Assembly: GCF_036321535.1 (NCBI RefSeq)
Contig: NC_087472.1
Location: forward strand, 96,784,001 to 96,848,000
DNA length: 64,000 nucleotides
Direction of reading: 5' to 3'
DNA from: Camelus dromedarius
Lineage: Eukaryota
Of the stretch, positions 12,211 to 26,057 are shown one piece after another. Numbering within the stretch: position 1 is the stretch's first letter; each line of letters starts with the position of its first letter. Position numbers and translations under genes: made by a program. The notes under the pieces are model-generated. The model worked only from the letters and a program-made list of their open reading frames with translations. It searched no databases and was not told where the DNA came from.

Positions 12211-15200
12211 TCCCTCTTTCAGTTTTAACCCAGAGGTATGTAAATCTTTATCTCTTTGCAGATTCAGAAGTGTACATCAAGGAAATACCAATATTTTTGG
12301 CAGACATCGAGAAAAAAAGGGTGGAGCAGAATTTATATCAAATTGAAATTATCAAAATGAAGTTATAGCGAAGTCACAGCTATGAGCCTTTCATTTTGAG
12401 ATCAGACTCAAAAATATGTCTTCATTTTCCATCTGATTTTCACTTCTTTATACTATTTTTGACTTCCTCTCTTTAAACCTCATTTTCCTTTACTAGAATG
12501 AGTTCTCAGAGATAGGGAGTTAGAGATCACTTTTTTCTGGCTTCACTGCCTTTAACTGTTAGGTGAAATAAAACTAGACAGAAACCAAAGGCCCTGCATG
12601 TGCACCATTACATGAGTAGTTTTATGGCTAAAGCTACATGGCCTTCTGTTCAGACGGTGGTAGCGATGTTTGATGTCAAGCACTGCTGTGCTACACCTTT
12701 ACACCAGATTTCTCTGATTGTTGTTAAAACACACACAGGCAGGGTCCCGTCTCTTAACAGTCTTAACTTTGAACTTTTTTCTTTTGATTCAAACTCAGCC
12801 TAAGTGGGCATGAGTAAAACCAGTACGACAGATGCCAGCCATGGAAGTTTTCCCTTTTACCTTTTTCTCCCAGACATTTGAAAGAATGGGAAAATTAAAG
12901 GGTGTTTTTTTGATGCCCAGATTTCTTGGAGTAGAAGCCCTCTGAGGATACAGCTGGGGTGGAGGGTACTAAGCTAAGGGAGATGGAATCCGGACTGTGG
13001 ATTCGACCTACCTCAAGAAATTCCCTTCCTTCTCTGAGCAGCTGCCTTGCTTTCTAAGCAATCCTGAGGACACTGGTTCTCACCCTTAACCACACATTTG
13101 AATCACATGAGGTGATTTTTAAAATTCCCATGTCCAGGCTGCACTCAGACCAGTGACATCAGAATCTTGGGTGGGAGGAACGCAGGCATCAGTATTTTTG
13201 TAAGGTTCCCCAAGGCTGGGAACCACGGTGCCAAAGAGCACTATGATTTATAAATTTACCATTTTTATTAAGACACAAACTTTCATTTCAAAACTGAAGT
13301 ACCACATAATCTGTGATATTTATGGTCTGAAAAATATAAGAGCAAGTATCCCTCGAGGATTATTCTTTGCCCCAAAAAGAACAAATGGGTAGCATGTGTG
13401 GGCTGGAAATCAGTATACCTGCAAATTAAGTTCCATTCAGAATCATTTTTTCATCTTATAAATATTTTCCCTCACTATGGCTAACGTTTTATTTCTCACA
13501 TTTGTATGCAAATTTATACTTTCCAAAGAGCTCCAGGTCTGCTCTTCCTTGGAGTGTCCACTTATAGGTTCCCACACAGACTGCTTCTTGTGGTTCTAGT
13601 GAGTATTGAATGCTTGTGACTCACTGGAATGTTTACTTTTTAAATTCTTTTTCACAGTTGGCCTCCCTGTCTCCTTCTACCTTTGATGTTAACTGGCTAA
13701 CACTGTGGTTCATTTCCTGTTATTTGCAACTTTAGAATCAAAAGCATAAATGAAGTCAAGGAAATGAAAGGCCCAGGTCAGCTATCTTGTTAAGGGTCAC
13801 AGCTGCGGTTCTAGAAGGTCCCAGTTCAACAACTGGCTTGTCGCCCCTCCCTCCGTTCTCCGAATGGAGGCCTCTCCTGTGGAGGCAGTTATTAAGGTTG
13901 GCCCAAGGCTCTCTCAGAAACTGTGTTATCTTCACGAGTGGTTAGTTTTTCCTATGCTGCATCACATGTTTTGTTGCTTGGGAAATGTATTTGATGAAAC
14001 AAGTGGATAATTTGTCCCAGTTTATTCAGCTTATAAGTCCTTGTCCTTGGACGTCCTTTATCCCTGAGATACCAGGAATAACTAGACAGTGCAAGTTTGC
14101 TTGTTGGTTAGGGGGAAGGGGTGAAAAGGAGGCGTTATGGACGGCTTTTCTTATGCAGAATTTGGAGGCAGAGGGACTTTCATTGCAATTTATAACTTAG
14201 TTCAAAATTCCAAGGTCATAAACTTAAACATCCACCTCTCAGGTTGGTTGTGCGGATTAAACAAGATAATGTAAGTTTGGCCCGGTAAATGTTTCTTAAG
14301 CAGCCACCTAGTGTGCTCACTTATTAGAAAAACATTCTGGTTTCAGTATACTTTCTGTCACAAGAAAAGAATTGAATTGAACAAGTCTTACCTTTTACCC
14401 TACTATATGCCAGGCTGGTTTTGTGGGGGGAAGGAACCCTAACATGACTTGCTACCAAGCTATTTAGGACCTAGGTGGGGAGAAGAGCTCCCCCCGTGGG
14501 GTAGATTGAGGAATATGAGGCAGCCTGTAAGTGGGGGCTGTGGTTCCTGGGGAGACTGATCCCCATAGACTAGGGTGGACCATGGAGCTGAGAGTTCAAG
14601 GACAGAGAATGAGCAGGAATTCCAATGAGGAAGAACATCTCAAACTGCTGTGCTGTTACCTCAGTGCTTGGCCTGACTCCCAAGGCCTCGGCTGCGTTTT
14701 GCAGCAGGTACTCCTTCAGGGCAGATGGCAGCCGACAGCCCCAGGCTACAGCCTCCAGCTTGTGAACTAGTAGGAGCCTTGAAACCCGGGTATACCCAGC
14801 CCTGAGCCAAGTCCTGGCATGAGGGGAGCTTAGAGAGGAGCAGGGCATCATGGCTGATAATCTTACCAGGACACCAGGACCATGGAGTCTAGTAGAAGGG
14901 GAGTTCTGCAAATGAACAAAAGAAGGGAAATGGGGAGTTGGTCGGGCAAAGACTGGAGCCACTACAGGCCATGATAATTTCAGTTCTGAATTTTTGTTTT
15001 CTAGACAGAAAACTAAAAATCTGGACTGTTCCATTAAAAAAAAAAACCCAGAAACTAAACAACCTTATATGTAGTCCCCTTGCACTGTCTTCAGGATGCT
15101 GCGTTAAGATCATGTGATACTGACCCCTATATTGACCCTTCAAAAAATGTTCTTTATGGTGCTCGCCTCTCTTTTCTTGCCACTCAGCACATTTTCTCTG

Positions 15201-17184
15201 CGATGTCTCACAACCCCTCTTTTATTTCCCCCTTGCTCTTTCCCTGCTTGCAAATCATGTGATTCTGTTTTTAAATGCTGTCTCCTTCTCATCTTCTGTA
15301 TCCTGTAGACTTTTCACCATATCCTCTTTTGGACTTTTTCTAAAACAAAACACTAATAATGAAAAACTTTCCTAAAAATTGTTAGGATTTTGTATACAAC
15401 ATACACTGGGAGAGTTGGGGCTTTTACCACTGGAGTTGCCCCAGAGTTCACCCTGAAAGTCCAGGTTGGGAGAGTGTAGATTGTGATGATGATGTGATTC
15501 TAATTTTTATAAAAAGAAAGAACTCAGGCACAAATCCAACAGCATCTGCCACACAGCTTCAAAAGTGATCTTCCATATAAATACTCACATTAGAAGATAT
15601 ATTTTTTCAATCAGACCAAATAATCCCCTTCTTAACCTTTAAATAATCCTGAAAATGTATTAAAGATACTATTCCCCAAATATGCATCAATGTGTTTCAT
15701 ATGTTTTTTTTTGTTTATTTTCAGTACTGAAGCAAAGTAGCAAAGATTTATCTGAGTTCTGAAGACACTGTTTCCCTAGCAGGAAATGAAACTGCCAATG
15801 TTTCACAAAGTGCTTAAGTTGATGAAGAAATCATGCTGATTCACCAGAAGAAAATGGTCTTAATCGTAATCAACTGAACACTTGTGTAAGTGTTTTTAAA
15901 ATTAAGTTGCCTTAAAAAATCAAATTGCTTTGTAGACAAAGTCATGTAATGGTATAATCCACAATTAAAAATGTGTTTTTAGAATTTCTGACTTAACGTG
16001 CTGAATAGAAAACATGAACGTCACAACCCTTTAACATTTTGGGATAGGGTGGTTGAATTGGGAGTGGAAAGAGAAGTCATTGGAAATTTTTAAGAAGAAA
16101 GCAATGTCAGGTCATATATACCACTTTTTATTTTATTGAGCGTCTGCATTTTTTGGTGAACTGTTTATATTTTTGCTTTAACCCAGTTAGGAAGTTGTGT
16201 AACTTTACACAGTGTCAAAGGTTTATTTTGTTTTGGTAACTACTTTTTAGCTGGTTATTTAGTTTACCTTGTAGTGTTCCAAATTATGTCTAAAACTATA
16301 GCTTGTTATTTTTCCAAAATATGATTTATCACTTTGCTAACCTTACACCCATGACCTTTTCTGCAAGAGTAATCAGAAAGTAACATACTGAAAGTCCCAG
16401 CCTCCCTTGCCACCAAGAGTTGCCTTGTGACACATCTCAGCCAATGAAGTGTAGGTGTAAGTGATGGTTAACAGAATTTTTTTTAAAGGCCAAGCTGTAT
16501 AAGGACAGGCTGTATATTTTACCCTCTGCCTGCGCCTTTTCCCCATGTAGAAAATGAATAAATAGTTTGGAGGTGCCTGAAGTAACATTTAACCTGATTG
16601 CTGAGGAAGAATAGGGATTAATTAGGTGAAGGAGAATGGAGATCTTCAAAGAAGGATGGTGCCCCACCAAGAAATTATATATAATAAAGAATTTTTGAAG
16701 TGCTGGATATCGGATGTGTCTATCTTGGGATCACCAAAAGCCGGCTCAGTGAATAAGGGGCTATTCCAGCTCCAGTGGCAGAATTAAGGCCACAGTTGGG
16801 TGAATGGAAACAACAAAGAGACAGCTTTGACCCCAGGCTCGCTGAACTTTTTTACCAATGGAACTTTCCAGCAACACTTTGAGCTACCATGTAGGTAGGT
16901 AGTCATTTCCCCATCACCAAGTGTGTTGAGGCAGATGCTGGCTGATGTCCACCCAGGAAGAGTAGAAGTGGGAGTCCTGTGTTACTGCAGTGATTGTCCT
17001 GTTTCAGTTTCGTTCAAGCATTTTTGTTCGCATATGCCCAAAAAGAATTTTGAACAACTATGTACCCCCTCACATATTTTATTTTGTCTTTTAAAAATTT
17101 AAGTTTTAAATTTTCTCTTGCATATTTCAATTGACATTTTATATTTTTAAAATCATAGATTAGATAGTTGCAAAGAACATGATT

Positions 17185-20100
17185 TTTTAATTGAAGTATA
17201 GTTGACTTACAATGTTGTGTTAGTTCCTGGTGTACAGAATAGTGAATCAGTTATGTGTATATACATAATACATATATATATATATATATATATGTTCTTT
17301 TCATTATATGTTATTAAAAGATACAGAGTATAGTTCCCTGTTCTCTACCGTAGGTCCTTATCGTTTATTTTATATATAGTGGTTTCTATCTGCTAATCCC
17401 AAACTCATCATTTACCCTCCCCAACCCTTTCCCCTTTGGTAACTATAAGTTGGTTTACTATGTCTATCTGTTTCTGTTTTGTAAATAAGTTCATTTGTAT
17501 CTATTTTTTTAGATTCCAAATATAAATGATATCATATGGTATTTTTTTTAAATTTATAATAGACTTTATTTTTTTAGGGCAGTTTCAGGTTTACAGCAGA
17601 GTTGAGCAGAAAATAGAGTTCCCACATAGCCCTTCCCACCCACACATACATACTCCTCTACCCTCAACATCCCTCATCAGTGTGGCATATTTGGTACAAT
17701 CGATGAACCAACATGGACACATTATTATCAACCAAAGTCCGTAGTTCACATTAGGGTTCACTCTTGATGTTGTACATACTATGGGTTTTGACAAATGCAT
17801 AATGACATGTAGCCACCACTATAGTATCATACAGAATAATTTCATTGCCCTAAAAATCCCTTGTGCTCCATCTATTCATTCCTCCCTCCCTCCCTCTCCC
17901 CTGGAAACCACAATCTTTGTATTGTTTCTGTATCTGTGCCTTTTCCAGAATGTCATTTGGTTGGAATCGTACAGTTTGTAGCCTTTTCAGACTGGCTTCT
18001 TTCATTTAGTAATAGGTCTTTCAAGTTTCCTCCATGTCTTTCATGGCTTGATAGCTCATTTCTTTTTTTTTTTTTTACTGCACATATTTTTTAAATTTAC
18101 ATATATGTACTGTTCATTGTTTCTAGGAACGTTTAGAGCTTTAGCTTTTTTAATTTACATAGTTATCAAAGGAATAAAGCCAACCACAAAATAAGAATTA
18201 ACTCAAAAAGATACATACACCCTGCTGTTAACAGCAACATTATTTATAATTGCCAAGATATGGGAGCATCCTAAGTGCACATCAATAGTTGAACAGATAA
18301 TGGAGATGCAGCACACATATATGTAATGGAATACAGCTCACCATAAGAAAGAAGGATACTTTGCCATTTGCGGCCCTTCACTCACTTTATTTTTTTGCAC
18401 TTCAAAAAGCAGAATTTTATAACCGGCAGAAACATTTCCATTACATCAAAAACAACAAAATACCTAGAAATAAACCTAACCAAGGAAGTTACCTATACTC
18501 CGAAAGCCAAAATGACACAAAGAAATGGAAAGATTTCTCGTGCTCTTGGATTGGAAGAATCAACACTATCAAAATGGCCACACTACCCAAAGCAATCCAC
18601 AGATCCAACGCAAGCACCATCAAAATACTCGCAACATTCCTCACAAAACTGGAACACACAATTCCAAAATTTATAAGGAACCACAAAAGACCCCGAACAG
18701 CCAAAGCAATCTTTTGTAGGTCTTTTTTTCCCTCTTTCTTCTTTTTTGTTCTCTTTTCTTATGGTTTGGTGACTAGAGAAGTTTCTTTAACATTTGTTGT
18801 AAAGCTGGTTTGGTGGTGCTGATTCTTTTAGCTTTTGTTTATCTGTGAAGCTTTTGATTTCTTCATCAAGTCTGAACGAGAGCCTTGCTGGATAGAGTAT
18901 TCTTGGTTGTAAGTTTTCCCCTTTCATCACTTTAAATATATCGTGCCACTCCCTTCTTGGCTGTAGAGTTTCTGCTGAAAAATCAGCTGATAACCTAATG
19001 GGAGTTCCTTTGTATGTTACTTGTTGCTTTTCTCTTGCTAATTTTAATATTTTCTCCTTATCCTTAATTGTTGTCAATTTGATGACTATGTGCCTTGGTG
19101 TGTTCCTCTTTGGGTTGATCCTGTGTGGTACTCTCTGTGCTTCCAGGACTTGGGTGACTGTTTCCTTTCCCAAGTTGGGGGATTTTTCAGTGATTATCTC
19201 TCCAAAAATTTTCTCAGGTCCTTTCTCTCTCTCTTCTCTTTCTGGGGCCCCTATAATGCAAATATTAGTGTGCTTCATGTTGTCCCAGAGTTCTCTTAAA
19301 CTATCCTCATTCCTTTTTATTCTTTTTTCTTTTTTTATGTTCTTCAGTAGTGATTTCCACTAATCTGTCTTCTAGCTCACTGATCTATTCCATTGCCTCA
19401 TTTAGTCTATTTTTGCTTCCTTCTAGTGTGTTGTTCATTTTAGTGATTTTATTCTTCAACTCTGGATGTTATTTATATTTTCCAACTCTTTGCTAAAGAC
19501 TTCACTCTGTGCATCTGTACTCCTCTTGAGTTCTCTGAACATCTTCGCCATCATTACTTTAAACTCTTCTCAGGTAAATTGCCTGTCTCCTCATCACTTA
19601 TTTCCTCTTCTGGGATTTTATCTTGTGGCTTGGCCTGGGAGATATTCCTTTGCCATCTCATATTGTCTATCTTTCTATGTGTTTGTAGGTTCCTTCCACA
19701 GGCTTTGGGATAGTTGTTTTCTTATTTCTAGTATCTGTGCCTGGTGGGTGAGGCTGGACTAGAGGCTTATGCAGGTTTCCTGGCAGGAGGAGCGGTGCCT
19801 GCCCACTGCTGGGTGAAGCTTGGTCCTGGACCTCTGGTGGGTAGGGCTGTATCCAAAGGCCTTTGTGGTTTAGGAGGTCTGATGATGGATGTGGCTGTGT
19901 TCCCACCTTGTCTGTTGCTTGGCCTGAGGCTTCCCTACAGGCTGTTGGGTGGGGATAGGTCCTAGTGCTAATGATCCAATCAAGATGTCAGCCTCCAGGA
20001 AAGCTCATGTAGATGAACGCTCCCAGAATGTCTGTGACCAGCTTTTTGTCCCCTGGGTGAGCCACAGCCATCCCCTACGGCCCAGAAGACCCTCTAAATC

Positions 20101-20672
20101 CAGCAAGCAGGCCTGGCCCAGGTTCCTATGAAGTCACTGCCTCTGCCCTTGGACCTGGTGCACACAAGTTTCCGTGTATGCTTCCCAAGCGAATGGAGTC
20201 TCCATTTCCCCCAGTCCTGTGGGGCTACCGGCACTAAGCCCCCTGGCCTTCAAAACCAGGTGTCCTGGGGTCCCCTTCTCTTCCCAATGGCCGGACCCAA
20301 CCTGAGAAGCCTGACATGGGGCTTAGAGCTCTCACTCCTGTGGGAGGGCCTCTGTGACTTAACTAATCTTCAGCTTGTGGGGCCCAATTATATTGTGAAC
20401 ACGCCCCTCCTACCATCCTGCTGTGGTTCCCTCTTTATGTTTCCAGTTGCATAAGATCTTTTTTGCTAGGTTCCAGCCTTTTTTTCGATGACTGTTTAGC
20501 ATTCAGTTGTGGTTTTGTTGTAGTCGCGAGGAGAAGCGAGCTCATTGTCCTACCACTGCACCATCTTGACCGGAAAATCTATCATATGGTATTTTTCTTT
20601 CTATGACTTACTTCACTTAGTATGAGGATCTCTAGGTCCATCCATGTTGCTGCAAATGGCATTATTTCATTC
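17185..20672 (-). mobile_element. L1 3' fragment split by copy A (17185-17546 and 20580-20672)
   Basis: L1 3' UTR sequence resumes exactly across the TSD; degenerate TSD CAAAGA(A)CATG at ~17171 and ~20672. Confidence 0.8.
17547..20579 (-). mobile_element. Composite ORF1-only (HAL1-like) L1 derivative, copy A
   Basis: TSD TATCATATGGTATTTTT at 17530-17546 and 20580-20596; L1-type 5' end (CAAGATGG); frameshifted ORF1 ~19661-18773; antisense ORF2 pieces; AATAAA at 17565-17570. Confidence 0.85.
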
Positions 20673-21535
20673 AAAGACATGCTTTTTGATGTACTGTGTA
20701 TCATGTACATACTATAAATCTATTTTTATTGCTTTGAAATCCCAGCACAGCTCATTTAGCTCATTCAGTTAATGAAAAGTGCCTGCTCTATACCTCATGG
20801 CACAGCCAGTCATTGTCAAACCAATCAGCCAAATCTAAGTTTTAAAGAATTGTGGAAAATATTAACCCTCTCCCTGCTCACCAGTCAATGGTGGACCTAA
20901 AACTGACATGATTCTTGCCCTCATGAACTTGCGCTATTATGAGACACAGATCTGAAAGAATTCCACAGATAAATAGCAAATCACAATTGGGAAGAGTGCA
21001 GTGAAAGAGGTGTTAGTGGAATGTATAATAGGAGGTGGATGAGTGGTCTGGGAGGGCTTCCCTGTGGAAGTGACATTGAAGCAGAGAGCTGAGGAGTAAG
21101 AGTTCGTTATGTGAAGGGGGATGGAAATCCTTAAAGAAAATCTGCCTTTATTTTTCAGTTCAAATAAATGTTAAATACTATCTCACTTCTAATGCTTAGA
21201 TAAAGCAGTTTGTCACATGGATAAAATAAGTTGCTGTTGCTGTTCCTCTCAATGTTTTTCTTTTACCAGAAGATTTCTTATTTTCAGGTTTTGAGAGAGA
21301 AAATTGTCCCAAATTTAGTCTGGGATAGAACTTTTATGTCTAATGTAGTTACAGTCTTTCCTGGGAGGTAAAAAACAATCCTGACAAAATGCTTGAGTAA
21401 GCAATCTCTTTCTGGAAAGTTATGGTTACCCTCCCTGCCCCCCTGCCCCCCTGTCCCCAGCCAACTGCTGACACTTTTTAACCAGTAGTTCCCTTATTGT
21501 ACCACTTATATCTATTCCAAGAGAGAATCTTTGAA

Positions 21536-21905
21536 AGAGAAAGAAAAATACCATGTGATATCACTTATATGTGGAATCTAAAAAAAAGACACAAATGAAC
21601 TTATTTACAAAACAGAAACAGACTCACAGACATAGAAAACAAACTTATGGTTACCAGGGTGGGAAAGGGGTGGGAAGGGATAAAGTGGGAGTTCGAGATT
21701 TGCAGATACTAACTACTATATATAAAATAGATGAACAGGGTTCTTCTGTATAGCACAGGGAACTATATTCAATATCTTGTAGTAACTCATAATGAAAAAG
21801 AATAGAAAAGGAATTTATGTATGTATATGCATAACTGAAACATTATGCTATACACCAGAAATTGACACAATGCTGTAAACTGACTATACTTCAATTTAAA
21901 AAGAG
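21536..21905 (+). mobile_element. 5'-truncated L1
   Basis: 16-bp TSD AGAGAGAATCTTTGAA at 21520 and 21906. Confidence 0.9.
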
Positions 21906-22001
21906 AGAGAGAATCTTTGAATTTGCTTGCTTAGGAACCTTTTTCTGTGTGGAGTTAGAAATAAAGCCTTGGTTTGTGCTCCTAAGCAATCTGAGAAGCT
22001 G

Positions 22002-22550
22002 GTGGAGGGGAGCAGAATATGCACCCCCCACAACATGCCTCTTTGGCATAAGAATTATTTTGGACTGATTATTTTTAAGAACTAGCAGACATAGGCAAAG
22101 CTCTGAAAACCAAGTAGCAATTACCCTTTTATAAGAGACATTTACACTTAAGGAGAAATCTCCATTTATAAGGGTGTCTTCCTCCCTGTACCAGGAAGAA
22201 GAAAACGTCTAAATGTCTAGAATCTCTCTTATCATTTGGAGAAGGCAACAACTTAAATCTGCCATACTTCTGTTTACTCTGCTTTTCCTGATAACTACCC
22301 ATAACTGGTTCCCCTCACCTCCAGCATCGTTCTTTTGTCCTTTGCTGGAGATGGTATTGAAGGTGGTCGCTTGGGCCATTTTGTCTCGAGAGTTACTCAG
22401 TTTCCCTGGGTCTCTCCCATGTATATAGGAAGTATACGTGTTATTAAACTTCTGTTTGTTTATCTCCTGTGAATCTGTCTTTTATTACAGGGGAAATCTC
22501 AGCCAAGAACCTTGAAAGGTAGAGAAAAAATTATTTTTCCTCACTGACAC
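22002..22550 (+). mobile_element. ERV1-type solo LTR
   Basis: TG...CA ends; AGAATATGCACCCC start motif; ATTAAA signal. Confidence 0.65.
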
Positions 22551-25500
22551 TGGCTTAACTCTCAGAGAACTCCCTCAGGAGTTGGACTTCACTGAATTAT
22601 CTTTGGTTTGGTGCCTAGAAGTTTTTACACTTTGAGGTAACACAATCTGCTAAGATTCAGGGTGGATGAGGGATACACCTTTGTTTAGTCACGTGGAAGA
22701 AGGGCTGTTATGAAAGGGGAGATGGGCAAGGGGAACTGAGCGTGACCTGTTTACCTCAGAGCCATCGTCAGGCAGGTTATTTCCAGAAAGAGTTTATGTG
22801 GTATTTGAGGTTTGGAAACCAAGTTCCTAAAACTCAGTCACCTGGAAAGTTCTCATATACTTCAAGTGGCAAATATTTCCCAGTTTGAAGGCCTTGAACT
22901 AGTTGACTCTTCTCTGCATGGGGCAGAGGCTTATATAAGTAACTGTAAAGTGACTTATCAGAGATCATGTCAAGCTATGATTCTTGGGGTTCTGGGACAG
23001 AGGCCCCTGGGGCAGCAGCCTACATCTTTTCGAGTATCCTCAAAACCCACTCTTGTCAGTGGCTCCTTTGAGGACAGAGTGATTATTATTCAGTGGTTAT
23101 TGTTACAGAAAGATCACATTGTGCTGTAGTTTCTGAAATGTAGGCCTTGATGAAGTAGACTAGAAAGAAACATAATATTTTGAGTTTCTCCCCTAGGGTT
23201 TGTTTTAAAAGCTAAGTCTCAAATAATTATCATTTGAACCAAAAGACTATATATATTTCATTGGAAGAAAGGCATATTATTAAAAAAATACTTTTGGTTT
23301 TGTCTTATCACTTGTAAATATTAAATTTTGACTTCCTTTCTCAATCCAAATCTCATTTTTTCCTACAAGCCATTACCAGGAAATACCGAAGTTTTAAAAC
23401 ATACTATTTGTTTTTTTCCCATTGAGTTTTAGTTAGAAAGAATAATAAACTTCATGAAATTCAAACCTAGGACAATACACCCAGAAAAATACTAACACAA
23501 TAACCTGAATTGCAAAACTTGTTTAGCAAGTTTCAGCTGGAGGTTAATTAAAACCTGCTCCGAAACCTCTTAAAACACAGACAGGAATGTAAACCACACA
23601 CACCACCACCTAGATTCTTCCCTTGGGAGTTTTCTCCTCCCCACTTCCCTGGATTTCGATGGGAACTTTTCCCCAGAGTTCCATCTGGTTTGGCCTGAGA
23701 CCAATAGGGTTCTGTTTCTCCTATCCCAGGGGAGGAGCAATAGCACGGTGGGTAGGCAGCCTCTCCTTAGCAGTTACAACTAACAGCGTGCTACAGCACT
23801 CCTGAAGCTTTTAGCTCGTCTGGGAGGTGGAGTGGTGTTGGGGTGGGGACTAAGGGGTTGTAAGAATTTCCCCTGGTGTTTCATGTTTTAAGATACAGAG
23901 GAGTTAAGTGACATTGTTCTGGACAAGACAGCACAAAGAGAGGTCAAAGGCAGAAGAGGAAAAGGTGGAAATGCTGCCTGACATTTGACTTGCCGGTCAG
24001 AGAATATTGAACTGACCGAACACTCTAGAATTTTAGCTGTATATTCTTTCAGAAGTTCCTCGGGGTTACCGCTATTATTTCTTTTGTCCAGCCTTGTTTA
24101 GAGTGATTGTCAGCTAACACCCCGTTGGTGGATAAGCATCTGCGAGATGTGCAGGAAACAAGGCCGGGGTGTGAGCATAACATAACGCTGTAACAACATT
24201 GCACAAGACTGCCTCAGTACTGCATGCCAGCATACGGACCGACCATCTCGCTGACAGGCATTTGGATGGTGATTATTGCTGGATCATGTCCCGGAATCAG
24301 GCTTGAAGCCAGAGGAACTGGAAAATGATTTTTGTTGTTCAACTCCTTGGAAGCCCATGTGGAAAATTTAGCAGAGCACATTTTTGTTTCTAGTAACAGA
24401 ACTCATATATCATTTGAGGAAGAGAGAGTGAAGTGGGATATTTCCTGAACCACTTGTCTTGCCTTGAAGCTGGTTTTCTGTGGAACAGTCGAATTTTCTT
24501 TCAGAGCTGGCTGAGGAGTTTTGAGGTAGGGAGCAGTCGACAGTCCCACATTCCCCAAGCTCCTCCACACCTAATCTAAGCACAGGCAAGACCTTTTCCA
24601 GGTGACAAAGAAACAGTCAGTCCCAAAGCACCACCAGTTTTAATGACTAAAAGCCACTATGTATGGTTAAACTAGACAATGAATTGTGGTTTGTGAGGTG
24701 TATCTGGGGCCCGGCTGTCCAGTTCAGATCTCAACCACATTACCTTCTGGTTGTATAACACAGAATAAGTTGCTCCACCCCCTGCACCCTACCTTTCTTA
24801 TGCACAAAAGGATGGCTTTGTTTTAAGGATGAAATGACATAATCCATGTGTAACACGTGGGATGTAGAAAGCACTCTATAATTATTGGCTTTCTTTTTTT
24901 TTCCCCATTAATTTGTGACTCTCAAAATGGATGCCTGCTACAGGTAAAGAATGACATTAAAGTTGATTCTCTCAATTTCTCCCTAGAACTAGGGCTGATT
25001 TATTCCATTTATTCATTGACTGTTCAGTGCCCACTGTGGGCCATGCCTGGAATGAGGCCCTGAGGATATAAAGATTATGGGACCCCGTCCCTGCCCTTGG
25101 GATGTTGACAGTCAAGGAGGGAAACATTTTTGTTCCGAGTGTTATGGCCAAAGCATGCATCATTCAATCAATCAGTCAGTCAGAGATCAAACTGTGGGTC
25201 AGCTGCTTTGAGGAGGGCCAGGTGTGTGGTCGAGAAAGCACATGTCTGTGGAGGCACAGACCGGGTTGACAGCCCCAACCCTCACTCCCTGTAGTGAATC
25301 CAAGTTGCTCAACCTCTCTCAGCCTCCATTTCCTCATCTTTAAAATGGGCTTGATTTAGTGGTGTGCCAAAGCCTGCTGCTACTGGCTTGGGAGAGCTTG
25401 TTAAATTTTCAGGAACTTTGCATTTTCCAGTTGTTAAAACCATTAGTAGTTTGAGATCAGCCTTGGTGGAAGTATTGGCACCCTGTTAATCAGCAGGTTC

Positions 25501-25555
25501 TACAGATCAAGGTTCCTCCCTAACCCCAGCTGTTTGGCCAGCACACCACGTGAAC

Positions 25556-26057
25556 ATGTTGGGGGGAGGCGAAACTTGACCTTTTACCCTCTTGGGGTTT
25601 TTAGCTGGGCCTGAGAATTTAATTAACATAGAACAGATTAACAGGAGAAAAGCATACAAATTGATTGACTGTTTTACATGACATGGGAACCCTCAGAAGG
25701 AAAAGACCCAAAGAAATGGCAAAATCTAAAAGCTTCTCTAACAGGTTGGACGAAGAGGGACGATTGTAGAAAAGTAACTGAAATATATGGGGAGGCTAAA
25801 GGCAGAGGAGGATTGTTTTAACAAGCTCTGTTTGTACAGAATTCTCTCGGACTTGACTCCCAGTTGACGAATGTTTCTTTTCTTCTGGTACACTGAAGGC
25901 ATCTTTCACATGGGAATTTTCTCTCCTCTTTTGAGAAAAAAAAGGGGGAGGTTAGAATGTCCTTCTTGCATTTGCTGTTTTTCAAGTGCCTTTAGCTCAA
26001 AATAATCCTTATGCCAAAGTAGCATATTTTGGGGTGGCATATTCTGCCACCCTTCAA
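25556..26057 (-). mobile_element. ERV1-type solo LTR
   Basis: Reverse strand starts TGAAGGGTGGCAGAATATGCCACCCCAAAATATG. Confidence 0.7.

Noticed and set aside
12262..12368. Possible + strand exon (TTTGCAG|...SEVYIKEIPIFLADIEKKRVEQ...*)
   Set aside because: No partner exons or recognisable homology; it does not match APOO or ACOT9 as I recall them.
15725..15970. Acceptor-like site plus ATTAAA as a terminal exon
   Set aside because: All three frames stop quickly and no upstream exon can be supported; a lncRNA cannot be excluded.
18787..19278. 163-aa ORF (and its mirror 62398-62889) as a host gene
   Set aside because: It is a frameshift-bounded fragment of L1 ORF1p.
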